Position numbers and translations under genes: made by a program | From: Candidatus Krumholzibacteriota bacterium | Lineage (GTDB): Bacteria > Krumholzibacteriota > Krumholzibacteriia > JAJRXK01 | DNA: 64,000 nt | Direction: 5' to 3' | Assembly: GCA_963806035.1 (NCBI GenBank) | Contig: CAWDWO010000028.1 | Location: 1-64,000, forward strand | In this document: one piece after another, positions 19,274 through 28,332 of the stretch | Position numbering within the stretch: the stretch's first letter is position 1 | How the letters are laid out: each line of letters opens with the position of its first letter | Notes under the pieces: generated by a model | The model's database searches: none | Seen by the model: only the letters and a program-made list of their open reading frames with translations | Told to the model about the DNA's origin: nothing

Positions 19274-20516
19274 GGTGTTCCGGAGAGTCCTTTCCCCTCG
19301 GTATGGCCACGATGCCTCCCGAAGAAACGTGGAAGCGCTCTTTGTCCAGGCCCGGGTCGAACCCGATCTTTTCGTGGGCCGCGATGTGGTTGTTCTTGTC
19401 CACGATGACGTTTCGCAATTTCGCCCCGCGATCGATCCAGCAGTTGTCCAGGATGATGCAGTTTTCGACCATTGCGCCTTCGTCGACGAGGACGTTGCGT
19501 CCCAAAACGGAGTCCTTCACGTATCCGCCGGAGAGAATACAGCCTCCGGCCACTGTCGATTGAATCGCCTCGCCTCTGCGATTGTCCTCGTCGAAAACGA
19601 ACTTCACCGGCGGGTCGCTGTAGCTCACCGTGCGGATGGGCCAGTCCCAGTTGTAGAGGTTCAAGCGCGGCTCGACGTTCTTCAGGTCCAGATTGGACTC
19701 GTAGTAGGCGTCGAGGGTTCCGATGTCGCGCCAGTAGGCCGACTCCTCGGCGCTCTCCAGGGGAATGCGGTTGCGCTTGAAATCGTAGGCGTAGACCGGC
19801 ATGAGATGGATCATCTTGGGCAAGATCGACTTGCCGAAATCATGCAGAGAATCCGGATCGCTCGCGTCCTCGTCGAGATAGTCGACGAGAGTGTGCGTGT
19901 TGAAGATGTAATTCCCCATGGAAACCAGGGAGTAGCCGGGGAGCCCGGGGATTTCCGAGGGATTTTCAGGTTTCTCCTCGAAACCGCGAATTCTCCAGTC
20001 GTCGTCCACCTTGATCACCCCGAAGGCTTTGGCCATCGCGGTCTCCACCGGGAGACAGGCGACGGTCGCCACCGCACCGGTCTTGCGATGAAAATCGATC
20101 ATTTGCCGCACGTTCATCTTGTAGATGTGGTCGGCGCCGAATACCGCCACCATATCGGGACGCGAACGGTCGAAGAGCCGGATGTTCTGGTGAATGGCGT
20201 CCGCGGTCCCGCGATACCAGGCGACGCCCGCCTGCATCTGCGCCGGCACCGCCGTGATGAAGCTGGTGGGACTGAAGGACCGGACCCAGGCGAGCTGGAG
20301 ATGCTCGAGGAGAGACTGCGCCTTGTACTGCGTCAGCACGTAGATGCTCTGCAGTCCCGAGTTCACCAGATTGCTCAGGACGAAGTCGATGATGCGCCAT
20401 TTACCGCCGAAGGGCACCGCGGGTTTGGATCGTTCGATGGTCAACGGATGTAAACGTTGCCCGCGTCCTCCAGCCAAAACCACGGCGAGAACCCTGGCTT
20501 CGCGTTCCACGACCAT
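19257..20516 (-). CDS. glgC: Glucose-1-phosphate adenylyltransferase
   Basis: LAGGRGQRLHPLT..RSKPAVPFGG, WYRGTADA, FEEKP and YWRDIGTLDAY motifs. Confidence 0.97.
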   Translation of the reverse strand: MVVEREARVLAVVLAGGRGQRLHPLTIERSKPAVPFGGKWRIIDFVLSNLVNSGLQSIYVLTQYKAQSLLEHLQLAWVRSFSPTSFITAVPAQMQAGVAWYRGTADAIHQNIRLFDRSRPDMVAVFGADHIYKMNVRQMIDFHRKTGAVATVACLPVETAMAKAFGVIKVDDDWRIRGFEEKPENPSEIPGLPGYSLVSMGNYIFNTHTLVDYLDEDASDPDSLHDFGKSILPKMIHLMPVYAYDFKRNRIPLESAEESAYWRDIGTLDAYYESNLDLKNVEPRLNLYNWDWPIRTVSYSDPPVKFVFDEDNRRGEAIQSTVAGGCILSGGYVKDSVLGRNVLVDEGAMVENCIILDNCWIDRGAKLRNVIVDKNNHIAAHEKIGFDPGLDKERFHVSSGGIVAIPRGKDSPEHRARNL

Positions 20517-20581
20517 GGATTTCCCCCTTCACAGCCTCTTGTTTCCACTTTGCCGACGAGTGTCAGTATAAGAAAGGCGCG

Positions 20582-22594
20582 TCAGTGACGCTCCATGAGG
20601 CGATTCAATTCCTCCCAGCGCTGCATCTTGGCGCTCAAGCTGGACTCGAAGCGGCCGGCGCTTTGAGCCGCCTTCGCCAAACCCGCGGAGTCGAGTTCTC
20701 CGCTGCTCATGCGCTGGCTGAGAACTTCGAGCTCGGCCTCCAGCAGCGAGATCTCTTCTTCCAGATCTTGAATCTCGCGCCGGATTTTTCCTAGCTGGTT
20801 CTTCGAGAGCTGCCCTTTGATGAGACCGGGCTGAAGCTGCAGCGGGGGGTCCTCTTGCTCGTCGCCGCGCGGGCTTGCACTCGGTGTGCCGGCGGAGGCC
20901 TTCACGGACGCCTCTCCACCACGCGCCGAGTCGGCTCGCTCTTGCGCGCGCGCTTCCTCCTCTTCCCTGCGCTTGCGCCGGTAGTCGTCGTAGTTGCCCA
21001 GGTAACGGCGCACTCCTCCCTGCGATCGGCCCGCGTCGATTCCTCCGCCGGTTTGGGTTTCGAAGGCGAAGATGTGATCGCAGATCCGGTTGAGGAAGTA
21101 GCGGTCGTGGGAGACACAGATGAGGGTGCCCGGATAATGAACGAGGGCCTCCTCCAGCGCCTCGCGGCTGTCGGTATCCAGGTGGTTGGTGGGTTCATCC
21201 AAAAGGATGGTGTTGTGCCGTTCGAAGATCAGATGCAAAAGAGAGAGCCGCGCCCGCTCGCCGCCGCTGAGGGAACGTACCGGCTGATCGATCATGTCCT
21301 CGCCGAATCCAAATGCGGCCAGGAGCGAACGCAGGTCTCCGTCGCTGGCCAGGGGATCCAGAGAGCGGAGTTCACCGAGCACCGTGTTGCTGTCGTTGAC
21401 CAGCGAGAGGTTTTGATCGTAGTAGCCCAAATCGGTGTTGTGACCCACGGTGACACTGCCGCGGCTGGGAACCAGTTCGCGGCTCAGGATTCGCAGTAGA
21501 GTGGTCTTGCCGGTTCCGTTGGGACCGATGATGCCCACCTTTTCTCCGCGCAGAATCTGGAATTCAAATCCCCAAAAGAGGGTCAGGTCTTCGAAGCGGT
21601 GACCAAGGTTCTTCACCTCGAACACCACCTGTCCGCTCGGCCGCTTCGGATCCAGATCGAAATTGTACTGCCGCCCCTCGCTGGGGGGCGCCTCGATGCG
21701 CTGCAAGCGCTCCAGCTGCTTGCGGCGGCTCTTGGCCTGGTTGGTGCGCTGGCCCGCGATGTTCTTGCGGATGAAGGCCTCGGTCTTGGCGATCTGTTCT
21801 CTCTGGCGGCGGTACCGCGTCTCCCACTCGGATTTCTGTTCCTTCCACTGGCGCATGAACTTGGTGTAGGAGCCCTGAAAGCGATCGAGCCGGCCGTTGT
21901 AGAGGTGCAGGGTGTAACTGGTCGTGTTGTCCAGGAAGGCACGATCGTGAGAGATCGCGATGAGTGCGCCCTTGCGCGCGTTGAGAGCCTCCTCCAGCCA
22001 TTCGCGCGCCTCGAGGTCGAGGTGGTTCGTGGGTTCGTCCAAAAGCAGCACGTCGTGCGAGGCCAGCATGACCGCCGCCAGCGCGGCCCGGCGTTTCTGC
22101 CCCCCGCTCAAGGTGCTCACCGACTGTTGAAAGCGGCTCTCGTCGAAGCCGAGTCCCATGAGCGTGGTCTCGCAGCGCGCCTGCATGGCGTAGCCGTCGG
22201 CCGCTTCGAAGCGTTCGTGCAGGCGTCCGTACTCTTCCAGGACTGCCTCGTCCTGCTCGCCCGCGCCCATCCGTTCAGAAAGTTCCTCGAGACGCCGTTC
22301 GGTTCTCAGCAACTCGGCGAAGGCGGCCGCGCGCACCGCATGCAGCAGCGGCTCCTCGCTTTCCAGTCGCGTGTCTTGGGTGAGGTAGCCCACGGACACG
22401 CGGGCAGCGCGCTGGACCTCGCCGCGGTGAGCCTGTAGTTCACCGGCCAAAAGCCGGATGAGGGTGCTCTTCCCCGCCCCGTTCACTCCGACCAAACCGT
22501 AGCGCTCACCCGGATTCAGAGTGAGGTTGGCGCCGTCCAGGATGACCTGCCGGCCGTAGTCGAAACTCAGATTTTGCAGAGTGATGAGGGACAC
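20582..22594 (-). CDS. ABC-F family ATP-binding protein
   Basis: Two ABC domains (GVNGAGKS/LSGGQ/LLLDEPTNHLD and GPNGTGKT/LSGGE), no TM segments, C-terminal coiled coil; GTG start chosen at 22594. Confidence 0.93.
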   Translation of the reverse strand: MSLITLQNLSFDYGRQVILDGANLTLNPGERYGLVGVNGAGKSTLIRLLAGELQAHRGEVQRAARVSVGYLTQDTRLESEEPLLHAVRAAAFAELLRTERRLEELSERMGAGEQDEAVLEEYGRLHERFEAADGYAMQARCETTLMGLGFDESRFQQSVSTLSGGQKRRAALAAVMLASHDVLLLDEPTNHLDLEAREWLEEALNARKGALIAISHDRAFLDNTTSYTLHLYNGRLDRFQGSYTKFMRQWKEQKSEWETRYRRQREQIAKTEAFIRKNIAGQRTNQAKSRRKQLERLQRIEAPPSEGRQYNFDLDPKRPSGQVVFEVKNLGHRFEDLTLFWGFEFQILRGEKVGIIGPNGTGKTTLLRILSRELVPSRGSVTVGHNTDLGYYDQNLSLVNDSNTVLGELRSLDPLASDGDLRSLLAAFGFGEDMIDQPVRSLSGGERARLSLLHLIFERHNTILLDEPTNHLDTDSREALEEALVHYPGTLICVSHDRYFLNRICDHIFAFETQTGGGIDAGRSQGGVRRYLGNYDDYRRKRREEEEARAQERADSARGGEASVKASAGTPSASPRGDEQEDPPLQLQPGLIKGQLSKNQLGKIRREIQDLEEEISLLEAELEVLSQRMSSGELDSAGLAKAAQSAGRFESSLSAKMQRWEELNRLMERH

Positions 22595-22599
22595 GACTC

Positions 22600-23736
22600 T
22601 CAGCTCATGCGGCGCTGCAACCACAGTCCGAAGAAGGGGTCGACGAAACGAATGTCGGCGCCGTCGCGATTGAGGATTTCACGCTCGGACAACACGCGCA
22701 GATTTTTCGCCACGGTGCTGGGGGAGCCCAGTCCCAATCGTACCACCATTTTCTGGGAGTGCAGCTTTTCGGTGAAACCCTGGGCGATCGCCAGTGCCAG
22801 AGTCTTCTGATGGGCGGAGAGTTGATCCCACTGGAATTTGAAGGAGTAGGCCTGCCCCTCCAGCACGTGGGAGAGCGCGGCCTTGAGCTCCTCGCCGGTG
22901 GCAGTGCCGTTCTCCCGCGACTGTTCGAAGAGAGCGTGCGCCAGCATCTGCACGTAGTGCGGGATGGTATCGGCCAGGCGCAACAGCTCGTGCAACAGCG
23001 CGGGCTCGATGCTCACCCCGCATTCCACGAACAACTGTTCGAGCCCTTCCACCATGAGTTTTTCGGGCACTGGCGCAAGCCGCATGGACTCGGCCAGGCG
23101 ATAGAAGGGGCTGTGCGGCTCCTCGAAGAGGCGCTGGATCGTGGAATCCTTGCGCAGGACGAAGACATAACTCACGTGAATCTGTTTGCGCGCGGCCGTC
23201 GCCAGCTCCCGCAGCAAGCTGGGCTGCGCCACCGCGATGAGGTCTTCGAAATCGTCGAAGATGATGCAGAGAGGGCGACCGCTGCGTTTCTGCATCTCGG
23301 CCGGAACCTCGAAAATCCGGTCCATCAGGGCCTGGATGTCCCGCTCGCGATCCCACAGATCCAGTTGCAGGGCGGGACGGCCCTCACCACTGAGGGTGAC
23401 CCGGGGGGAAAAATTGGGAATCAGCCGCCGCAACGCCTCCTGGGTGTCCTGCATGGTGCGCGAGGGACTCAGGGTGAGGGCCGAGGCGTAGAGCTCGGCG
23501 AAGCGGCGCGGATTCAGGGCGGGCAAGAGGTCGACGTAGGCCGTGTTCATCTCCCGCTGCGCCCCGTCCCGCGCCACCGCGGCCAGAAGACTGCTCTTTC
23601 CGATGCCGCGCGGGGCGACCAGGGCCAGATTGCGAGCTTCGAGCAGAATGGCCAGGATTTTTTCGCGCTCGGCCTCGCGGTCGATGAGCAGGGCCTGGTC
23701 GACGGGACTTCCGAAGCGAAAGGGGTTGGCGGGCAT
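22600..23736 (-). CDS. P-loop ATPase of the archaeal-ATPase/AAA type with a C-terminal winged helix
   Basis: NPFRFG...DRE N-terminus, Walker A APRGIGKS, Walker B IIFDDF, C-terminal FVDPFFGLWL. Confidence 0.82.
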   Translation of the reverse strand: MPANPFRFGSPVDQALLIDREAEREKILAILLEARNLALVAPRGIGKSSLLAAVARDGAQREMNTAYVDLLPALNPRRFAELYASALTLSPSRTMQDTQEALRRLIPNFSPRVTLSGEGRPALQLDLWDRERDIQALMDRIFEVPAEMQKRSGRPLCIIFDDFEDLIAVAQPSLLRELATAARKQIHVSYVFVLRKDSTIQRLFEEPHSPFYRLAESMRLAPVPEKLMVEGLEQLFVECGVSIEPALLHELLRLADTIPHYVQMLAHALFEQSRENGTATGEELKAALSHVLEGQAYSFKFQWDQLSAHQKTLALAIAQGFTEKLHSQKMVVRLGLGSPSTVAKNLRVLSEREILNRDGADIRFVDPFFGLWLQRRMS

Positions 23737-23887
23737 GAAGGCGATCCTCGGTCGAGCAGAGGGGAAGCAAGGCACGCTCTCACGCGGTCCAGAATCAGAC
23801 TACGATCTCTCACCCAGCGGCACTTTACCACTTGGTGTAATACCCGAAAAGATACTTGCACCCCACTTGCCAGTAAAGTATACATGG

Positions 23888-24173
23888 GCATGATCCTGGG
23901 CGGTAGCATGGACAAGTTTCTTGTTCTTGCTGTCGATTGGTCGGACGGTGCGGATCGGGGGGCGTGGGGCACCCGGATTGCAGTGTCCTTCACCACGGTC
24001 TCTGGGCAATTGCCCGTCGGATACCGGTTCGCCGGTGACCCCCGTGGCTTGAACGAAGAGCAGAGGCTGAGGGCAGCCTACCGCCAGGATCACTGGATTA
24101 CCGCAAAACGGTGAACGTGGTTAGCCGAACGGTGATCGAACGAGAAGGGGGCTTTCGGGCCCCCTTCTTCTTT
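23888..24173 (+). ncRNA. Candidate structured non-coding RNA (rod-like, possibly 6S-like)
   Basis: Terminal stem 23891-23906/24078-24092, further nested helices, AT-rich upstream region and a plus-strand intrinsic terminator; family not identified. Confidence 0.45.
24143..24173 (+). terminator. Rho-independent terminator
   Basis: agaagggggc-tttcgg-gcccccttct followed by tcttt. Confidence 0.8.
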
Positions 24174-24212
24174 GGGTTTCTGTCGCGTTCGTGCCTTCGC
24201 AGCGGGCCGCAG

Positions 24213-24929
24213 CTAGCGGCCGTCTCTCAATCTCTGCCAGGAATATTCCGGAAGACCCGCCTCCTGATAGGCGGCGACCGTTTCCTCGATGTCATACTCC
24301 AGACGGATCTGGTCGAGGCGCGCCTCCGCGGTATCCACCACGCAGTAGGCGCTGCGATTGTCGCGGTCGCGCGGCTGCCCGACGCTTCCGGGGTTGATGA
24401 GGTAACGGCGCTCGTACTCCAGCTTGACGTTTTCCCTGGGGCCCGCCATCAGACGGTCCCCGTCATGAACGAACTGCAGGTGCGAGTGGCCGCAGAAGGT
24501 CAGCCAGTAGCGGGCATGGCTCAGCATTCCCTCGATCTGGGGCAGGAAAATGAGATACTCGTCACGATCTTCCGGGGAACCGTGCGAGAGCTGGATTTCC
24601 TCCCCGATCACCATGGTGGGTTCCAGGGTCTTGAGGAACTCGAATTGCTCGGGGCTGACCGCGCCGCGGCTGTATTCGATGGCGATCCGGGCGAACTCGT
24701 TGAAGCGCCCCGCGGTAGGCGCGTTCAGGAGGGCCGCTTCGTGGTTTCCCTGCAGGATCCGGCAGTCCAGCTCGCGCAGCAGATCGAGGCACTCCCCGGG
24801 ATGGGGACCGTAGCCCACGACGTCGCCCAGGCAGGCGTATCCGTCCACCTCGCGCGTGGCGGCATCCTGGAGTACGGTCCTGAGGGCGGCGAGATTGCCG
24901 TGGACATCAGCCAAAACGCACAGACGCAT
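24213..24929 (-). CDS. Metallophosphoesterase (calcineurin-like)
   Basis: DVHGN, GDVVGYG, GNHE, HGSP, GHSH and NPGSVGQPRD motifs. Confidence 0.92.
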   Translation of the reverse strand: MRLCVLADVHGNLAALRTVLQDAATREVDGYACLGDVVGYGPHPGECLDLLRELDCRILQGNHEAALLNAPTAGRFNEFARIAIEYSRGAVSPEQFEFLKTLEPTMVIGEEIQLSHGSPEDRDEYLIFLPQIEGMLSHARYWLTFCGHSHLQFVHDGDRLMAGPRENVKLEYERRYLINPGSVGQPRDRDNRSAYCVVDTAEARLDQIRLEYDIEETVAAYQEAGLPEYSWQRLRDGR

Positions 24930-25038
24930 GCGGGTACGACCTTTCGAGGATGAGCGTGATTCTGCCAAGAAAGTACCATACCAAGGCCGGGCCCGCCCCC
25001 GCGAAAGCGGCACGGGGCTTGCCCTTTCCCCTAAAGAA

Positions 25039-25779
25039 ATGACTCCCCTCCTCATCGCTCACCGAGGCGATAGCGCCCACGCACCCGAGAACACCATGCC
25101 TGCGTTCGAGCAAGCGATTCGCAAGGGTGCGGATTGGATCGAAATGGACCTGACGCTGACGCGCGACGGGGAAGTCGTGGTGAGTCATGATTTCAGCCTG
25201 TGGCGCCGCGCCCGCTCGCGCCGCCGTCTGGACGATCTGAGCCTCGCGGAATTGGGCCGGGTCGATGTGTCGCGCGGATTTCCCGCCTTCTCACCCACCG
25301 CGGTCCCGCGCCTGCGGGAGGTGCTGGCCGTGATCGGAGCGCGCGTGCCCCTGTACCTGGAACTCAAGTCTGAAGGCGGTGGGCGCCGCCGCGCGGCAAA
25401 TCGTCAGCTGCTTCGGCGCTGCCTCGAGCTGCTTCCAGCTTCCTCCGCGCACGCACTGGCTTCCTTCGACACCGGGCTGGTGAGGGGTGCCTTGCAAGCC
25501 GGGCGTCGCGCCATTCTGATCCTCTCCGACCCCGTCGCGCTCACCCGGCTGAGTGCAAGCGAAGGTCGCGCCCTCTACGCAGTGAGCGCTCGGCAGGACC
25601 GCCTGACGGATCCCTTCGTGAAAAGGATCCGCGAGGAGGGTCAGAGAATCTGGACCTGGACCGTGGACAGCGAACGCGAGCTCCTGCGCGCCCTGGAGCT
25701 GGGCGCATCGGGCATCTGCGGCAACGACGTGGCTCGCTTGCGGGCCGCGCTCACGCGACACGCGGGAGATTCGAGATGA
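25039..25779 (+). CDS. glpQ: Glycerophosphodiester phosphodiesterase
   Basis: IAHRGDSAHAPENT, IEMDL..TRDG..VVSHD and WTVD motifs. Confidence 0.88.
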   Translation: MTPLLIAHRGDSAHAPENTMPAFEQAIRKGADWIEMDLTLTRDGEVVVSHDFSLWRRARSRRRLDDLSLAELGRVDVSRGFPAFSPTAVPRLREVLAVIGARVPLYLELKSEGGGRRRAANRQLLRRCLELLPASSAHALASFDTGLVRGALQAGRRAILILSDPVALTRLSASEGRALYAVSARQDRLTDPFVKRIREEGQRIWTWTVDSERELLRALELGASGICGNDVARLRAALTRHAGDSR

Positions 25780-27341
25780 GCGCGCGAGACATCAGCGAAC
25801 TCACGGGAAGGCGATTCGATCTGATCGTGGTGGGCGGAGGAATCGCCGGCTGTGGAATCGCGCGCGACGCCGCGCTGCGCGGCCTCTCGGTCCTGCTCGT
25901 CGAGAAGGACGACTTCGCGGCCGCCACGAGCAGCGCGAGTTCCAAGTTGGCGCACGGCGGCCTGCGCTACCTCGAGTACCTCCGCTTCGGCTTGGTGCGG
26001 GAGAGTCTTCACGAGCGTGAAACTTTGCTGCACATCGCGCCCCATCTCGTGCGGCCGCTCCCCTTCCTGCTGCCGGTCTACCGCAACTCGGGGCGTCCAC
26101 TCTGGAAACTGCGCGCCGGTCTCTTTCTCTATGAACTTCTCCAGGGCGGCATGAGTCTGGGCCGCCACCGTCTCTTGAAGCCCGAAGAGATCGCGGCCGA
26201 AGAACCAGAGCTGCAAACCAAGGGACTCAAGGGCGGCTTCCACTTTCACGACGCGCAGATGAATGACGCACGGCTGGTCCTGGAGAATGCGCTCGACGCG
26301 CAGGCCCACGGGGCCGTGCTCTTGAGTCGCGTGGAATGCAGGGACCTGCTGGTGCGCGAGGGCCGCGTCACGGGAGTGCACTTGCGTGACCTTCTGGGGA
26401 GCGAAAGCGTGCAGGTGGAAGCGAGTGTCGTGGTGAACGCGGCGGGACCCTGGTACGCCCGCGTTCTCGGCATGCAGAAACTCACGGAGGGTCCCAAGCC
26501 CCGTCTGAGTCGCGGTACCCACATCGTCATTCCCCCCATCACCCAGGGCCACGGAATACTTCTGCAATCGAGGCAGGACCGGCGCGTTCTCTTCGCGCTG
26601 CCCTGGAAGGGTCAGACCCTGGTCGGAACCACGGAAATCGAACATCAGAAGAGCCCGGAGGAGCTGACGGTCCCCGCTGAGGACGTCGAATACCTGTTGC
26701 GGGAGGTCGACAGCTACTTTCCCGCCAAGGACAAGAGCAAGCGAAGAGTCCTCTCCTCTTTCGTGGGGCTGCGCACCCTGCTCCCCGGCAGCGCCGAACT
26801 GGGAGAGGTGAGCCGCGAGGCGCAAGTGCGCGAAGAGGCCCCCGGACTGGTGTGCGTGCTGGGCGGGAAGTTCACCACCTATCGCGCGGTGGCCGAGCGC
26901 GCCGTCGACCTGATCACGCTCTTGATCGAGGCGAATACGAAGACACCCTGCCGAACGGCAGAGCTGGCGCTACCCGGCGGCGAGATCCCCGAAATGAATG
27001 ACTACTTCCGCGTGGCCGAGGATCTCCTGGTGCGCGAAACCAAACTGCCACTCCCGACCTTGCGTTACCTTCTGGGCACCTACGGCAGTCGGCACACCAG
27101 CATTCTGAAGTTGATTCGCGAGCACCCCGAATGGGCCGAGCCCTTGGAGAAGGACTTGCCCTTCACCGTGGCCGAAGTCGTTCATGCGGTGCGGCACGAG
27201 CACGCCCTCAGCGTGGAAGATCTCATTTGGCGCCGAACCTGGAGGGCCCACCTGGGGCCTCTGGACGATGCCGCGGCCGAGCGCTGGGAAGCGGCACTCA
27301 AAGAGGGACTGCAGGGGAAGCCGCGCCGCATTTTGGTGTAG
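25776..27341 (+). CDS. glpD: FAD-dependent glycerol-3-phosphate dehydrogenase
   Basis: GGGIAGCG, TSSASSKLAHGGLRYLE and GGKFTTYR motifs. Confidence 0.93.
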   Translation: MSARDISELTGRRFDLIVVGGGIAGCGIARDAALRGLSVLLVEKDDFAAATSSASSKLAHGGLRYLEYLRFGLVRESLHERETLLHIAPHLVRPLPFLLPVYRNSGRPLWKLRAGLFLYELLQGGMSLGRHRLLKPEEIAAEEPELQTKGLKGGFHFHDAQMNDARLVLENALDAQAHGAVLLSRVECRDLLVREGRVTGVHLRDLLGSESVQVEASVVVNAAGPWYARVLGMQKLTEGPKPRLSRGTHIVIPPITQGHGILLQSRQDRRVLFALPWKGQTLVGTTEIEHQKSPEELTVPAEDVEYLLREVDSYFPAKDKSKRRVLSSFVGLRTLLPGSAELGEVSREAQVREEAPGLVCVLGGKFTTYRAVAERAVDLITLLIEANTKTPCRTAELALPGGEIPEMNDYFRVAEDLLVRETKLPLPTLRYLLGTYGSRHTSILKLIREHPEWAEPLEKDLPFTVAEVVHAVRHEHALSVEDLIWRRTWRAHLGPLDDAAAERWEAALKEGLQGKPRRILV

Positions 27342-27401
27342 CGACTCGTTTCGATCCGCGTCCACCAGCCTGGCGCGGCGGAGTTCGCGCAAGACCCGCT
27401 T

Positions 27402-28181
27402 TCAGATGCTCCTCATCCGGCCGCCGTCGATCGCGATGCTCTGACCGCGCAGATAGGCCGCTTCGGGAGACGCGAGGTAGGCGATGAGTTCGCCGAGTTC
27501 ACTCGGCTGCGCCAGCCTGCCCTCGGGAATCTGCGCCAACCACTCGCGCTCGATCTCCTCTTCCCCGACTCCTCTGGAGCGCGCCAGGGCCGTCTTGAGC
27601 TCGGCAAGCCGCTCGGTGTCGGTGTAACCCGGAAGCACGTTGTTGATCGTCACGCCCGCCGGTAACTCCCGGCTGACAGACTTCGCCCAACCCGCCATGG
27701 CGGCTCGCGTGGTGTTGCTCACGCCGAGCTGCGGAATGGGTTCGTAGACCGAAGTCGAGATCACGTTGATCACGCGCCCAAAACCCTCGGCGCGCATCCC
27801 GGGCAGGCAGATCTGCAGAAGCAGGTGTGAGGCGAGAACGTGCCGCGCGAACGCGCGCAGAAAATCCTCGGGGCCGGCGTCCAGGATGGGCCCCATGGGC
27901 GGGCCACCCGTGTTGTTCAAGAGGATGTGTATGGGACCGTGCTGACCCAGGTGCTCGCGCAGTTTTGCCTCGAGGCTCTCGCGATCGTCGAGATCCGCGA
28001 CGAGCACCTCCACCGCGCTCGCGCCCTCACGCTCGAGTTGGCGCGCCAATTCCGAAAGGACCGCCTCACGCCGCGAGAGAACTGTCAGTGCGTGTCCGCG
28101 CCGGGCCAGGGCCATCGCCGCGGCCCGGCCGATTCCCATGCTTGCCCCGCAGATGAGCCCGTGGTGCTTCTTCGATCCCAT
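27402..28181 (-). CDS. SDR family oxidoreductase
   Basis: GASMGIG, NNTGGP, SNTTRAA and NNVLPG motifs. Confidence 0.88.
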   Translation of the reverse strand: MGSKKHHGLICGASMGIGRAAAMALARRGHALTVLSRREAVLSELARQLEREGASAVEVLVADLDDRESLEAKLREHLGQHGPIHILLNNTGGPPMGPILDAGPEDFLRAFARHVLASHLLLQICLPGMRAEGFGRVINVISTSVYEPIPQLGVSNTTRAAMAGWAKSVSRELPAGVTINNVLPGYTDTERLAELKTALARSRGVGEEEIEREWLAQIPEGRLAQPSELGELIAYLASPEAAYLRGQSIAIDGGRMRSI

Positions 28182-28332
28182 GCCTCGCTCGCTTTCGGCA
28201 GTGGTACGCGGTGGGCGCACCGTGGCGGCCCTCTCTGCTTCCGGCCCCGAGGCCGGGCAGCTCGTGGTGAAGGACTGAGCTTAGACCCTCGTCGATTTCG
28301 ACTCCAGCCTTTGTGGAACTCTCTCGCATCGC

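Noticed and set aside
23908..24114. 68-aa ORF MDKFLVLAVDWS... as a confident CDS
   Set aside because: Weak RBS, no recognisable motif, and it lies entirely inside the predicted RNA structure; kept only as an alternative explanation
23888..24173. SRP RNA, tmRNA, RNase P or tRNA-Sec identity for this RNA (also considered for 44925..45092)
   Set aside because: Hallmark motifs (SRP helix 8, RNase P GAGGAAAGUCC, tRNA-like ends with a T loop) not found on either strand
22600..24929. Retron-like or defence system (ATPase, RNA with terminal inverted repeats, phosphoesterase)
   Set aside because: No reverse transcriptase or nuclease in the window, and the RNA is on the opposite strand from both flanking genes
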